From a virus (lineage: Duplodnaviria; Caudoviricetes), in IMG/VR virus record IMGVR_UViG_3300025663_000097, positions 1-54,134 of that record: a stretch of 54,134 nucleotides of DNA. One strand, given 5' to 3'. The notes under the pieces were generated by a model that made no database searches, was not told the origin of the DNA, and saw only the letters and a program-made list of their open reading frames with translations. This document shows, piece by piece, positions 1 to 9,647 of this stretch; the first letter of the stretch is position 1; each line of letters starts with the position of its first letter. The position numbers were made by a program, and so were the translations under genes.

Positions 1-581
1 CTAGATGCCAGCAAGCTGTTAACGGACTTACAGCCAACGACTTTCGTTATTATGATAAGGATGGCTTTGAGCTATGTCAAGCAGAACAACGTTACTACGA
101 AGCGGAAAACCACCCTATAGAGCAACCTATACTTAATCACAGACTATGGCAAGAAGAATGGATGACTATTGATCATGATAGGCTACACTTTGATCATGCT
201 ATGATCTTACATCGTTGTTCGTATGAAGGTCAAGCTCAAGAACAACTCCGAGAATTAAAATCAACTATACCACAAGCAGACTTATTGTTGCGTACTAAAC
301 AGCAGTGGGGGTACGACTTTGATCTAGACTACATTACAGAAAGTGGAGAAATCTTTGAAGTGTTACATATTGAATGTGACTTCAACGACTTTGATGAGTT
401 TCAAGATAAGTTATATAAATTTGAAGATCGTATAGAACGTATAGACTTTGAAGAAGCGGCTAGATCTATATGGCGTGAACGAGACCAATGGCAACACCTC
501 AAAGCATTCACACAAAATGACTGGAAAGCCAACCACTTATTAGGTTGGGAAAAATCTGAGTATACAGAAAAAGCCTTATAG
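1..581 (+). CDS. Hypothetical phage protein, 5-prime truncated by window edge
   Basis: The frame of ORF 162..581 is open back to position 3 (RCQQAVNGLTANDFRYYDKDGFEL...); ends in TAG. Confidence 0.8.
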   Translation, partial: RCQQAVNGLTANDFRYYDKDGFELCQAEQRYYEAENHPIEQPILNHRLWQEEWMTIDHDRLHFDHAMILHRCSYEGQAQEQLRELKSTIPQADLLLRTKQQWGYDFDLDYITESGEIFEVLHIECDFNDFDEFQDKLYKFEDRIERIDFEEAARSIWRERDQWQHLKAFTQNDWKANHLLGWEKSEYTEKAL

Positions 582-585
582 TATT

Positions 586-643
586 TCTTAATAGATTTAA
601 TCTATCACAAACCTAAACCCAATAAATAAATGTAACAAATAAT
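586..643 (+). repeat. 58-bp imperfect direct repeat, copy A
   Basis: Ungapped 47/58 match to 3602-3659; contains TAAATA at 623-628. Confidence 0.85.
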
Positions 644-656
644 GAGAACACCTTAA

Positions 657-1511
657 ATGAATAATATAAGACAACAGATACTATCTGAGATATTGGAAAT
701 ATATGACTCCACCCTCAAGTATAAATTTAAGAAAAATATACAGGAAATTGATTTCACTCCTGATATTGACAGATTACGAAAAGAAGTATTTGATCTCATC
801 ATTAAATACGACCATGGATTTAATCAGGTTAGCATTAGAGGTCCAAAAGGAAATCCCCAATGGGAGGACAACGAAGAGGCACAGTTGCTCTATGACAAGG
901 GAATTGAGCCATTGGGTACATATGAAGTACCTAAGGCTGATGAACTGTATAATCACGAGGACATCACTGAGTGGCACCCAGGAATAGCCCAAGATTCTTA
1001 TTTTAAACAGTTAACTCCGTTAATTGAGGAAGCCACAGGCCTAAACATTTCTGCTATCACATTATGTTGGGCACTGCCAGAAAGCCGGCAAATGATGCAC
1101 ATTGACATTGAGCCAATAAGACTTCATATACCAATATTAACTAATAGTGATGTTTGGTTCCTAACTGACAGAGAAGCACACTTTATGGAATACGGCAAGT
1201 TGTATCATTTGTTGGCTATTTCAGACCATGCTATACATAACTATGGTCCAACTCCTAGATTACACGTGATATTCTCAACATACCCAAACACAGATATATC
1301 AGACAAACTTAAAAAATTAAGCAAGCTTGATACTTTAAAGGAAAACATATTTTCATCCGTAGTCGGTGGCGGCATAGACAATTATTCAGTGAAAAAGTTG
1401 AGCAAGATACATGATAGTAAAAAGAATGAAAATCTACAGGCTTTCCACAATAGAGGCCTTCACAGCGGTTGGGCTAAGATACTTAACACCATCATTGAAA
1501 GGTTGAAGTAA
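657..1511 (+). CDS. Asp/Asn beta-hydroxylase-like Fe(II)/2OG oxygenase
   Basis: HID...RLHIPILTN...HAIHNYGPTPRLHVIF: HxD..H triad plus Arg typical of the AspH-like cupin fold. Confidence 0.75.
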   Translation: MNNIRQQILSEILEIYDSTLKYKFKKNIQEIDFTPDIDRLRKEVFDLIIKYDHGFNQVSIRGPKGNPQWEDNEEAQLLYDKGIEPLGTYEVPKADELYNHEDITEWHPGIAQDSYFKQLTPLIEEATGLNISAITLCWALPESRQMMHIDIEPIRLHIPILTNSDVWFLTDREAHFMEYGKLYHLLAISDHAIHNYGPTPRLHVIFSTYPNTDISDKLKKLSKLDTLKENIFSSVVGGGIDNYSVKKLSKIHDSKKNENLQAFHNRGLHSGWAKILNTIIERLK

Positions 1512-1524
1512 GGTTGTGACTCAC

Positions 1525-1530
1525 TAAATA
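1525..1530 (+). promoter_or_regulatory. T4-like late promoter box TAAATA
   Basis: TAAATA 6 nt before ATG 1537. Confidence 0.6.
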
Positions 1531-1536
1531 TTGTAC

Positions 1537-3600
1537 ATGGCCAAAATTCAACTACATCGATCAAAAAAAAATCAAGAATGTATAGATGGAGAATATACTC
1601 TATACATCCTGAACAAACCGTCAGACATTACTTATGTTGTACCCTTGCTATGGGCTACGACCAAGACATACTACGAGGAACAGGGCAAACACAGAGACAA
1701 ATGGAAATGGGCAAGTCCTGACATTGACTACTCTGACGTAGAGAAATTAGCCCACGACGTGGTTAATGCCAGACCTACTGCTGTTGCTTTTAGCGTCTAT
1801 ATGTGGAATGAGAAATTCCACATAGAGTTATCACAACGCATAAAACAACTCTATCCGGACTGTATCATACTATGGGGAGGGCCACAGTGTGACATCAACA
1901 ATAATGAGAATTACTTTAAAGAATATCCACACATAGATGTTGTAGTACCTAGTGACGCATACGGAGAAGTGAGTTTTTGCAACATAATGGACAACATTGC
2001 GGACAACGATGGTAAGTTAGATTATGACTCGTTGGCTTATGTATACTATCCCGACGAGAACCGAGACAGGGTGTTTAACGATAGGGGACCAAAAAAGAGA
2101 GATTTTGAATGGCCATCTAATCCTTTCCGTGCTCAAGAACATCACATAAAACCTTTCATTGAGAATCTACATGCCCAGGGCAAGGAAGTTAGATTAATGA
2201 TAGAGACTAGTAGGGGATGTCCATATAAGTGCAGTTTCTGTGATTGGGGAGGAGGAACATTCACAACGACCATTAAGAAACCTATGGGAATCGTATTAGA
2301 TGAAATGGAGTGGTGTGGTGAAAATCAAGTGGATATGTTAAGCATTACTGATGCTAATTTTGGTATATTTAAGATAGACATAGACTACGCACAGAAGCTG
2401 AGTGACGTCAAGAGCAAGTATGACTTTCCCAAATATCTGCACATCAACGGGCCTACCAAGGTCAAGTTACAAAATCTTATGAGTATATATGAGATATTTG
2501 CTGATGCTGACTTGATTACACATTATTCAATCAGCATACAGGATATCAATGAAGACATTAAGAAGAACGTTGATAGGATAGATTTTAAATTCAGTGATCA
2601 GGTAGAGATGTTCCGCAAGTTGCAGAAGAGAAAACACTTACCTATACATATAGACTATATCTTAGGATTGCCTGGTGCAAGTATTGACACTATGAAGGAA
2701 GGAATAACCGAGATAACCAACAATGGATTACAATTTCCAATGCACTATGCCTGGGCAGTGTTACCTGCAACTCCCGCTAATGACATCAAGTACCGTAAAC
2801 AGTATAAACTCGATACTGTTAAGAACAAGAGCATGAGCATGCTAGGCACCACACAGCCATTAGCTGTTAAGACGGGGGTAGATCCAGATCCAGGACTTTA
2901 CCTACACAAGAGTGATGATACTGACACCGAATACGTAGTGGGGACATTTTCATATACCAAACAGGATTGGGCTGAAATGGCCATGCTTATGATGTTTACT
3001 GTGCAGGTGCAGAACTCCAATACACTAAATCTACTAGGCAACTATCTCTTTAAAGAACACGGCATCATGCACGGTGATTTCTTTGAGCGATGTATGAAAG
3101 AAGTGATTAAATTAGATCATTATACACCCATTAGGGATAGGATGCAGGAATACATGACTACAGATGCTCCAGACTTATACATGGATGTCAAAGACGAATT
3201 TAACTTCAGGATGAGTCCGGCAATATTCTTTAACTACATGAATCTAACGCACCTAGATGATTTCTTTAACTGCGTGTCTAACGTGCTATCTGATATTATG
3301 GATGATAAAATACAAGATCTCATTGAGTTCTCCAAACAACGAATGATTGGCTTTAATCATCAGATAGGCAAAACATTCTCGACGAAATATGATTGGCAAC
3401 TGTATGAGGAAACTGACCAATTGGAAGAAAACAATCCCACATATCAAGTAAATGACACGGAAGTGTTTACCGGGGGGCAGACTTTTGGAATGGATTGGTT
3501 AGATTATGAAGGTATTGATCGCCACAAGGAATTTATATACAAGTTTTGCTACGACTACAGAGCAACAAAGGCATCAAGGAAACTGACCAAACAGATTTAG
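1537..3600 (+). CDS. B12-binding radical SAM protein
   Basis: N-terminal AFSVYMWN...WGGPQ cobalamin-binding-type region; ETSRGCPYKCSFCDWG CxxxCxxC; DANFG; ILGLPG. ATG 1537 preferred over TTG 1531. Confidence 0.88.
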   Translation: MAKIQLHRSKKNQECIDGEYTLYILNKPSDITYVVPLLWATTKTYYEEQGKHRDKWKWASPDIDYSDVEKLAHDVVNARPTAVAFSVYMWNEKFHIELSQRIKQLYPDCIILWGGPQCDINNNENYFKEYPHIDVVVPSDAYGEVSFCNIMDNIADNDGKLDYDSLAYVYYPDENRDRVFNDRGPKKRDFEWPSNPFRAQEHHIKPFIENLHAQGKEVRLMIETSRGCPYKCSFCDWGGGTFTTTIKKPMGIVLDEMEWCGENQVDMLSITDANFGIFKIDIDYAQKLSDVKSKYDFPKYLHINGPTKVKLQNLMSIYEIFADADLITHYSISIQDINEDIKKNVDRIDFKFSDQVEMFRKLQKRKHLPIHIDYILGLPGASIDTMKEGITEITNNGLQFPMHYAWAVLPATPANDIKYRKQYKLDTVKNKSMSMLGTTQPLAVKTGVDPDPGLYLHKSDDTDTEYVVGTFSYTKQDWAEMAMLMMFTVQVQNSNTLNLLGNYLFKEHGIMHGDFFERCMKEVIKLDHYTPIRDRMQEYMTTDAPDLYMDVKDEFNFRMSPAIFFNYMNLTHLDDFFNCVSNVLSDIMDDKIQDLIEFSKQRMIGFNHQIGKTFSTKYDWQLYEETDQLEENNPTYQVNDTEVFTGGQTFGMDWLDYEGIDRHKEFIYKFCYDYRATKASRKLTKQI

Positions 3601-3601
3601 A

Positions 3602-3659
3602 TCTTAATAGATTTTATCCACCACAACCCAAAACCTAATAAGTAAGTACAACAACTAAT
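3602..3659 (+). repeat. 58-bp imperfect direct repeat, copy B
   Basis: Matches 586-643; the late box is TAAGTA here. Confidence 0.85.
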
Positions 3660-3675
3660 CACTAGGAAATACCCA

Positions 3676-4323
3676 ATGTTTAACGCAACAAAATTAAAAC
3701 TATACTATGACTATGCTCTCAATACTGTTAAAGATGAGGGAGAAGATCCAGTATTAGAAAGAATTACTGAGCAAGTGATTGAAAATTTTATAGTTCCGTT
3801 GAAACTTAAGAAAAATTCAAAAATCTTAGATATTGGATCCGGAGTTGGATATTTCAGTGATCATATGAAAAAGTTAGGATATAATGATATCACAAGTACT
3901 TCAATGACTGAAGGTGACAAAAGTGCTTTAAAAGCAAAAGGCCACAAGTATATTAGCACTGATATTAATTTTATTAAACAACCAGATGCCTCATACGATT
4001 TTATTTTTTGTAGACACGCACTTGAACATAGTCCTTTTCCTTACTTTGCTTTGTTAGAGTATAATAGACTGCTTAAGAAAAAAGGACAAATATATGTAGA
4101 AATGCCTCAGCCAGTGGGACCTAGAGGAGCTGAAACTTGGCCGCAACACTATTCAGTACTAGGAGAAGTAGCACTACAAAGTCTTATTTCTAGAGCAGGT
4201 TTTAGTATAGAATGGTATCGAAACGCACAAATTCCTATTACTAATAACGAAACAAAGAAAACAGCACAAGAAACATATAATTGTGTATTAGCAAATAAAA
4301 TAGGCAACATCGACGTTAAATAA
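3676..4323 (+). CDS. Class I SAM-dependent methyltransferase
   Basis: ILDIGSGVG motif I; YDFIFCRHALEHS; EYNRLLKKKG. Confidence 0.88.
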   Translation: MFNATKLKLYYDYALNTVKDEGEDPVLERITEQVIENFIVPLKLKKNSKILDIGSGVGYFSDHMKKLGYNDITSTSMTEGDKSALKAKGHKYISTDINFIKQPDASYDFIFCRHALEHSPFPYFALLEYNRLLKKKGQIYVEMPQPVGPRGAETWPQHYSVLGEVALQSLISRAGFSIEWYRNAQIPITNNETKKTAQETYNCVLANKIGNIDVK

Positions 4324-4327
4324 GTGT

Positions 4328-4531
4328 ATGGATATCAATGATTTAAAAAAACTAGCAGGAGTTACTGATCAACACGGTAATTCAATGGGCGAAAACATAA
4401 GCCACACAGCATCTGAAAAGTCTAGCTATCAGAAAAAACATAACATTCAGCCAGGCACAGAAGAGTGGTTTAAGTTATGGTTTGCCCAACCTCGCCTAAC
4501 AGGTGAGAATCCAATGCCCAAGGACAAGTAA
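4328..4531 (+). CDS. Small late hypothetical protein
   Basis: 67 aa, TAAATA at 4317-4322, abuts terminase; DLKKLAGV and IQPGTEEWFKLWF. Confidence 0.75.
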   Translation: MDINDLKKLAGVTDQHGNSMGENISHTASEKSSYQKKHNIQPGTEEWFKLWFAQPRLTGENPMPKDK

Positions 4532-6100
4532 ATGGCTAACAAGTCACTAGACGGCGTATTAATTAAGAAAGCCCACAAAAAAACAGTATACACACAGGAA
4601 CAAGTAAACGAGTTTGCATTATGTGCTGACCCTGTAACGGGGCCAATATATTTTATGCAGAACTTTTTCCATATACAACATCCTACTCGCGGTGGTATTA
4701 AATACGAACCGTTTGAATATCAAGAACGTCTAATAGATACCTATCATAACTATCGTTATTCAATATCAATGATGCCCAGGCAGACGGGTAAATCAACAAC
4801 AGCCGCAGGTTACTTGCTATGGTACGCTATGTTTGTACCTGATAGCACAGTACTAGTTGCCGCACACAAGTACGCAGGCGCTCAGGAGATTATGCAACGA
4901 GTTAGATATGCCTACGAAGCATGTCCAGATCATATTAGAGCAGGTGCTGTTAGTTATAATAAAGGTAGTATAGAATTCGACAACGGCAGTCGTATAGTAG
5001 CACAAACAACAACTGAAAACACTGGACGAGGTATGTCAATATCAATGTTATACTGTGATGAGTTCGCGTTTGTTAGACCTACTATTGCTCGAGAGTTTTG
5101 GACTTCAATATCACCTACACTAGCAACAGGTGGTAAAGCAATTATTACATCAACTCCAAACTCAGATGAAGATCAATTTGCACTATTATGGAAAGGTGCA
5201 AACAAGTGTGAAGATGAACATGGTAACGAAACAAAACTAGGAGTCAATGGATTTAAAGCATTTCGATCATACTGGAAAGAACATCCTGACAGGGATGACA
5301 CGTGGGCAGAAGAAGAACGTGCTAAACTAGGCGACGAACGATTTAGGCGTGAAATGGATTGTGAATTTATTATCAACGATGAAACACTGATTGCTCCAAT
5401 ACACTTAATGGAAATGCAAGGCGAGGAGCCAGGCAAAAAAACAGGACAAGTTCGTTGGTTTGGTGACATAACTCCTAATCACTTATATGTTGTAGCCTGG
5501 GATCCAAGTTTAGGAACAGGTGGTGATTATGCCGCAATGGAAATATTCGATGCCAATACAATGACACAGGTAGCAGAGTGGAAACATAATAAAACCACAA
5601 TACCTGAACAAGTTAGAATCTTTGCTGATATAATTAAAGCGTTAGAAAGTCAGGTAGGTGAAAGAAATAATATATATTATTCTGTAGAGAACAATACTAT
5701 AGGTGAAGCCGCTTTGATATCTATTGCTGACTACGGTGAAGATAGTGTCAAAGGTGTATTTTTAAGTGAAGACAAGAAGGCAGGAGTTGGAAGACGATAT
5801 CGTAAAGGCTTTAACACAACAAACAAAAATAAAATAGCGTCTTGTAGTAAATTTAAAACACTAATTGAACAAAAAAGATTAACAGTTAAATCAAAAGCAT
5901 TGATCAGTGAACTTAAAAATTTTGTAGCACATGGTACTAGCTATGCGGCCAAACCTGGCGAGCACGACGATCTAGTTATGGCTACAATCCTAGCAGTCAG
6001 AATGCTACAACAGATACAAAATTATCATAAAAGTATAGGTCAAACAATGACAGACCACAGCGATAATCGAATTGACCCGATGCCGTTTATAATGTTTTAG
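4532..6100 (+). CDS. terL: Terminase large subunit (T4 gp17-like)
   Basis: PRQTGKST Walker A, LYCDEFAFV Walker B, ITSTPN motif III, nuclease WDPSLGTGGDY and HDDLVMA. Confidence 0.97.
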   Translation: MANKSLDGVLIKKAHKKTVYTQEQVNEFALCADPVTGPIYFMQNFFHIQHPTRGGIKYEPFEYQERLIDTYHNYRYSISMMPRQTGKSTTAAGYLLWYAMFVPDSTVLVAAHKYAGAQEIMQRVRYAYEACPDHIRAGAVSYNKGSIEFDNGSRIVAQTTTENTGRGMSISMLYCDEFAFVRPTIAREFWTSISPTLATGGKAIITSTPNSDEDQFALLWKGANKCEDEHGNETKLGVNGFKAFRSYWKEHPDRDDTWAEEERAKLGDERFRREMDCEFIINDETLIAPIHLMEMQGEEPGKKTGQVRWFGDITPNHLYVVAWDPSLGTGGDYAAMEIFDANTMTQVAEWKHNKTTIPEQVRIFADIIKALESQVGERNNIYYSVENNTIGEAALISIADYGEDSVKGVFLSEDKKAGVGRRYRKGFNTTNKNKIASCSKFKTLIEQKRLTVKSKALISELKNFVAHGTSYAAKPGEHDDLVMATILAVRMLQQIQNYHKSIGQTMTDHSDNRIDPMPFIMF

Positions 6101-6101
6101 A

Positions 6102-6107
6102 TAAATA
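6102..6107 (+). promoter_or_regulatory. T4-like late promoter box TAAATA
   Basis: 5 nt before ATG 6113. Confidence 0.65.
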
Positions 6108-6112
6108 TTGCT

Positions 6113-8299
6113 ATGATATCAAAAACAGACATTAATCAAAATTTATTTAATCTACTAGCAACCAAAAACTTTGACTTAGTTACCAGAGATAATAAAGGTA
6201 AAGAAACAGCTGAACCTAAAGAAGCTGAACTGTTCAGCTTTGACTATGTAGTAGATGATCATAACTATGGTACTGTTGTGATTACTGTTACTCCGGAAGG
6301 TAACTTAGAAGTATTTTATAGTGATGCATTAGGCAAAGGTATGGAACTAGATCACAAAAGTGAATGGTATGATTTTCTCTACCAGCTGAGACATTTTTCT
6401 AGACGTAACATGTTAGGATTTGAATTAAAGAACATGAACAAATTAAAGTACGCAATGAAAACAAGAAGTCAAGTTGAAGAATCAAAATACTATGGTTATA
6501 AGAAAACATCATATACCAAACCAACAAAAGAAGCAAAACTTAAAATAGTACACTCAAAACCAATTGATGAAGAACAAGGTGATAAACGATATAGAAATAT
6601 ATCTTCTTTATACATTGAGAATGCAGATGGTGAACGTTTTAAACTACCTTTTACAAAATTATTTGCTGGTCGTGCTATGGCTAGACACGTAAGCGAAGGT
6701 GGAACTCCACATGATCAATTTGGACAACACATCTGTGAACTAGTGTCAGACATAGGAGTATTAGGTAATTTTGTAAGAGCAAGTAGAGGCAAAGAATTTA
6801 CAGATACAGCTACAACAGCAATGAGAGAAGCCGGTGTTAGACATTATGCTGATCTTAAAAAGAAAGTTAAACGTATGATTGGTAAACGTGGATACCGTGA
6901 ACAGTTTGATCAGTTTGATCCTAGTTTAGGCAATGTACATGAAGAAATTACAGATCAGTTACGTGATATGTTTACAGAGACACTATTAGATACTAGAATA
7001 GAAGAAGCTATTCCGGTATTAAATAAATTAGAGGCGAGGAACTCAGTTATGAAAGAAATTAATGAATTTAGCAATTGGGCAGATGAAACAACTGCACTAG
7101 ATTTAGGAGAAGGGTTTGATCCAGAAGAATTTGAAGGTAAAGTTACTGTTCCAGGTCCAGGTGGTATCCCAACAGATATTACGTATACTGCTAAAGTAGA
7201 CAACGAACAAAACACAGTACATGTAACTAAGTGTTCAAACGATCAATATGCTGATGAATGTCAAGCAGATGCTGAAGCAGAGTGGGACGCAAGAGACGCT
7301 GACGTACCAATGGAAGCCGTCGATGACTATGACGCACAAGCAGATCAAGATGCTATGGACTACGAGAATGATATTAATTTGGGCGACAACGATGATGCAG
7401 ATGAGAATAGAGAGGCAGTACACGATGCTATTCTTCGACGTTTTCAAGACAATCTAGATCTAGTTATTAAAGTAGGTGGACCACAAGAAACAATGGATGC
7501 GATTAGGGGCTATGTTGACAGCGAAGATTGGAGTGATCTAGTAGAGATAGGAACCAGTGACGTAAGTGCTTGGGTCAACAACATTGTTAAAGATAACACA
7601 GTAACTGAAGGTAAAATGAAAGAATTATCTATGGACATAGAAGCACTATCAGACAAAGAGTTTGAAGAAAAATATCAAACTAAAAAGTCTGACTGGCGCG
7701 AAGTTAAAACACCTGGACTAAGACAAGATCCAAACACACCAGCATATATTGGTAAAATGAAAACATTTGCAGGCGACTTAGCCGCAGAGGACACAAAAAT
7801 GAACGAAGGTACATTTACACAAGAAGAAATACAAAAAGCTATTAGAATAGCAATGCACATGAAAGGCGACATGACAGACGCAACAGATGCTATTGATGCT
7901 ATACACCCAGGATTAACTAAACATCCAGAAGTTGAAGATGCTCTTAAACAAGCTAACGAAGGAAAAAATATGGAAGTATATGAAGGCCCTACTAGAAAAG
8001 ACTTTCAAATGGTAGCTGACTTACTTAAAGATAATCCAAATATGGACGACCGTAAAGCTAAAGCAAAAGAATACTGTGATAAGTTTGCGAAAATGAATCC
8101 ACGTTTTGACAAAGAAAGATTTTTAAAAGCTTGTGGCGTAACTGAAGCCATTGAAGAAGATGACTTTGACGAAGGAAATGAATTCTCAGGTGCGTTGGCT
8201 CAAGCTAAAAAAGATGGCAAACAAGAATTTGAAGTAGATGGTAAGCGTTATGAAGTAAAAGAAGATGAATTAAAAGCAATACTTAGGTTGGCTAGATAG
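6113..8299 (+). CDS. Large late protein, probable head-associated modular polyprotein
   Basis: 728 aa, late promoter; acidic modular C-terminal half with repeated hydrophobic-x-E sites. Confidence 0.6.
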   Translation: MISKTDINQNLFNLLATKNFDLVTRDNKGKETAEPKEAELFSFDYVVDDHNYGTVVITVTPEGNLEVFYSDALGKGMELDHKSEWYDFLYQLRHFSRRNMLGFELKNMNKLKYAMKTRSQVEESKYYGYKKTSYTKPTKEAKLKIVHSKPIDEEQGDKRYRNISSLYIENADGERFKLPFTKLFAGRAMARHVSEGGTPHDQFGQHICELVSDIGVLGNFVRASRGKEFTDTATTAMREAGVRHYADLKKKVKRMIGKRGYREQFDQFDPSLGNVHEEITDQLRDMFTETLLDTRIEEAIPVLNKLEARNSVMKEINEFSNWADETTALDLGEGFDPEEFEGKVTVPGPGGIPTDITYTAKVDNEQNTVHVTKCSNDQYADECQADAEAEWDARDADVPMEAVDDYDAQADQDAMDYENDINLGDNDDADENREAVHDAILRRFQDNLDLVIKVGGPQETMDAIRGYVDSEDWSDLVEIGTSDVSAWVNNIVKDNTVTEGKMKELSMDIEALSDKEFEEKYQTKKSDWREVKTPGLRQDPNTPAYIGKMKTFAGDLAAEDTKMNEGTFTQEEIQKAIRIAMHMKGDMTDATDAIDAIHPGLTKHPEVEDALKQANEGKNMEVYEGPTRKDFQMVADLLKDNPNMDDRKAKAKEYCDKFAKMNPRFDKERFLKACGVTEAIEEDDFDEGNEFSGALAQAKKDGKQEFEVDGKRYEVKEDELKAILRLAR

Positions 8300-8323
8300 T
8301 TCCTTAAAAAAGAACTGTAAGGG

Positions 8324-8358
8324 AAGAGCATACTGTATATAAGTTATGCTCTTTTTTT
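8324..8358 (+). terminator. Rho-independent terminator
   Basis: aagagcata...tatgctctt stem followed by T run. Confidence 0.75.
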
Positions 8359-8389
8359 ACGACTTTGGTAAAATATACCAATATAATGG

Positions 8390-8418
8390 TTGTAAAGCTA
8401 AATAAAGTATCATATAAT
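8390..8418 (+). promoter_or_regulatory. sigma70-type promoter with nested late box
   Basis: TTGTAA-17-TATAAT; TAAATA at 8399-8404. Confidence 0.6.
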
Positions 8419-8482
8419 GTAACTGTTGTATGATTTATACACATTTAAAACTAAACATTATGGCACATATAGGAGAAGTACA

Positions 8483-9514
8483 ATGGCATCATTAGCAGAA
8501 ATTAGAGCAAAACTCACACAAGCAGAAGCAAGAACATCAAACAATTCACAAGGTGGCGGCGATAACGCTATCTATCCACACTGGAATATTCAAGAAGGTG
8601 CGACATCTACTTTAAGATTTTTACCAGATGGCGAACCAAACAACTCATTCTTTTGGGTTGAACGTAACATGATTCGTTTACCATTTAACGGCATTAAAGG
8701 CGAAATGGACAATAAACAATTTCAAGTACAGATTCCTTGTATTGAAATGTGGGGTGAGTCGTGTCCAATTCTAGCAGAAGTTAGAACTTGGTTTAAAGAT
8801 CCAGCATTAGAAGAAATGGGTCGTAAGTATTGGAAGAAACGTTCATACTTATTCCAAGGCTTTGTAAGAGAGAATCCGTTATCAGATGATCAAACACCAG
8901 AAAATCCAATCCGTAGATTTGTTATGAGTCCACAGATTTTCAATATTATTAAAACAGCATTAATGGATCCAGAGATGGAAGAACTACCTACAGATCCAAT
9001 GCGTGGTATTGACTTCCGTGTTGTTAAAACACAGAAAGGTGGTTATGCTGATTACACAACATCAACTTGGGCACGTAAAGAAACTGCGTTAACAGAAGCA
9101 GAACAAGCGGCTATTGATAAACATGGCTTATATAACTTAAATGATTTTCTTCCTAAGAAACCTAGCGAAGTTGAACTTAAAGTTATGAAAGAAATGTTTG
9201 AAGCATCAGTAGACGGTAGACCGTATGACGCAGAGAAATTTGGTGCTTATTACAGACCATATGGCATGCAAGCGCCAGCAGGGTCAACTCCAGCACCAGC
9301 AACAGCGGCTCCAAAAGCAGACACTTTTGAACAAGCGGCACCTACAGTTGTAGCAGACGCAACACCTGCTCCAGCAGTAGAAGCTCCAAAAGTAGAACCT
9401 GTAGCTGAAACAGCACCTGCGGCTACTCCAGCACCGGCTGAAGCGGCACCAGCAGAGTCAGGATCAAAAGCAGAAGATATACTTGCTATGATTCGTTCAA
9501 GACAGTCGTCTTAA
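8483..9514 (+). CDS. 32: Single-stranded DNA-binding protein (T4 gp32-like)
   Basis: LRFLPD, CIEMWGESCPIL, YWKKRSY, GIDFRVVKTQKGGYADY; AGGAG RBS before ATG 8483; Ala/Pro-rich tail. Confidence 0.9.
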   Translation: MASLAEIRAKLTQAEARTSNNSQGGGDNAIYPHWNIQEGATSTLRFLPDGEPNNSFFWVERNMIRLPFNGIKGEMDNKQFQVQIPCIEMWGESCPILAEVRTWFKDPALEEMGRKYWKKRSYLFQGFVRENPLSDDQTPENPIRRFVMSPQIFNIIKTALMDPEMEELPTDPMRGIDFRVVKTQKGGYADYTTSTWARKETALTEAEQAAIDKHGLYNLNDFLPKKPSEVELKVMKEMFEASVDGRPYDAEKFGAYYRPYGMQAPAGSTPAPATAAPKADTFEQAAPTVVADATPAPAVEAPKVEPVAETAPAATPAPAEAAPAESGSKAEDILAMIRSRQSS

Positions 9515-9532
9515 TAGACTATTAGATTATCA

Positions 9533-9550
9533 GGCAGTGGCAACACTGCC
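9533..9550 (+). terminator. GC hairpin with GCAA tetraloop (terminator/processing site)
   Basis: ggcagtg-gcaa-cactgcc followed by a T-rich tract. Confidence 0.65.
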
Positions 9551-9592
9551 TTGATGTCTTAATCTTTTGGCAACAATATATAAATTTATATG

Positions 9593-9621
9593 TTGACAGC
9601 AACAACACTACATAGTATAAT
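9593..9621 (+). promoter_or_regulatory. sigma70 consensus promoter for uvsX
   Basis: TTGACA-17-TATAAT. Confidence 0.85.
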
Positions 9622-9647
9622 AAGAACAAAATAGCAAGGAGAACACA

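Noticed and set aside
6098-6115. Terminase TAG is in frame with the next ORF (possible fusion)
   Set aside because: One-in-three chance; the terminase is complete and the gap contains a late promoter for the downstream gene
9270-9460. Tandem-repeat-like gcaccagca sequence
   Set aside because: Explained by the Ala/Pro-rich linker of gp32
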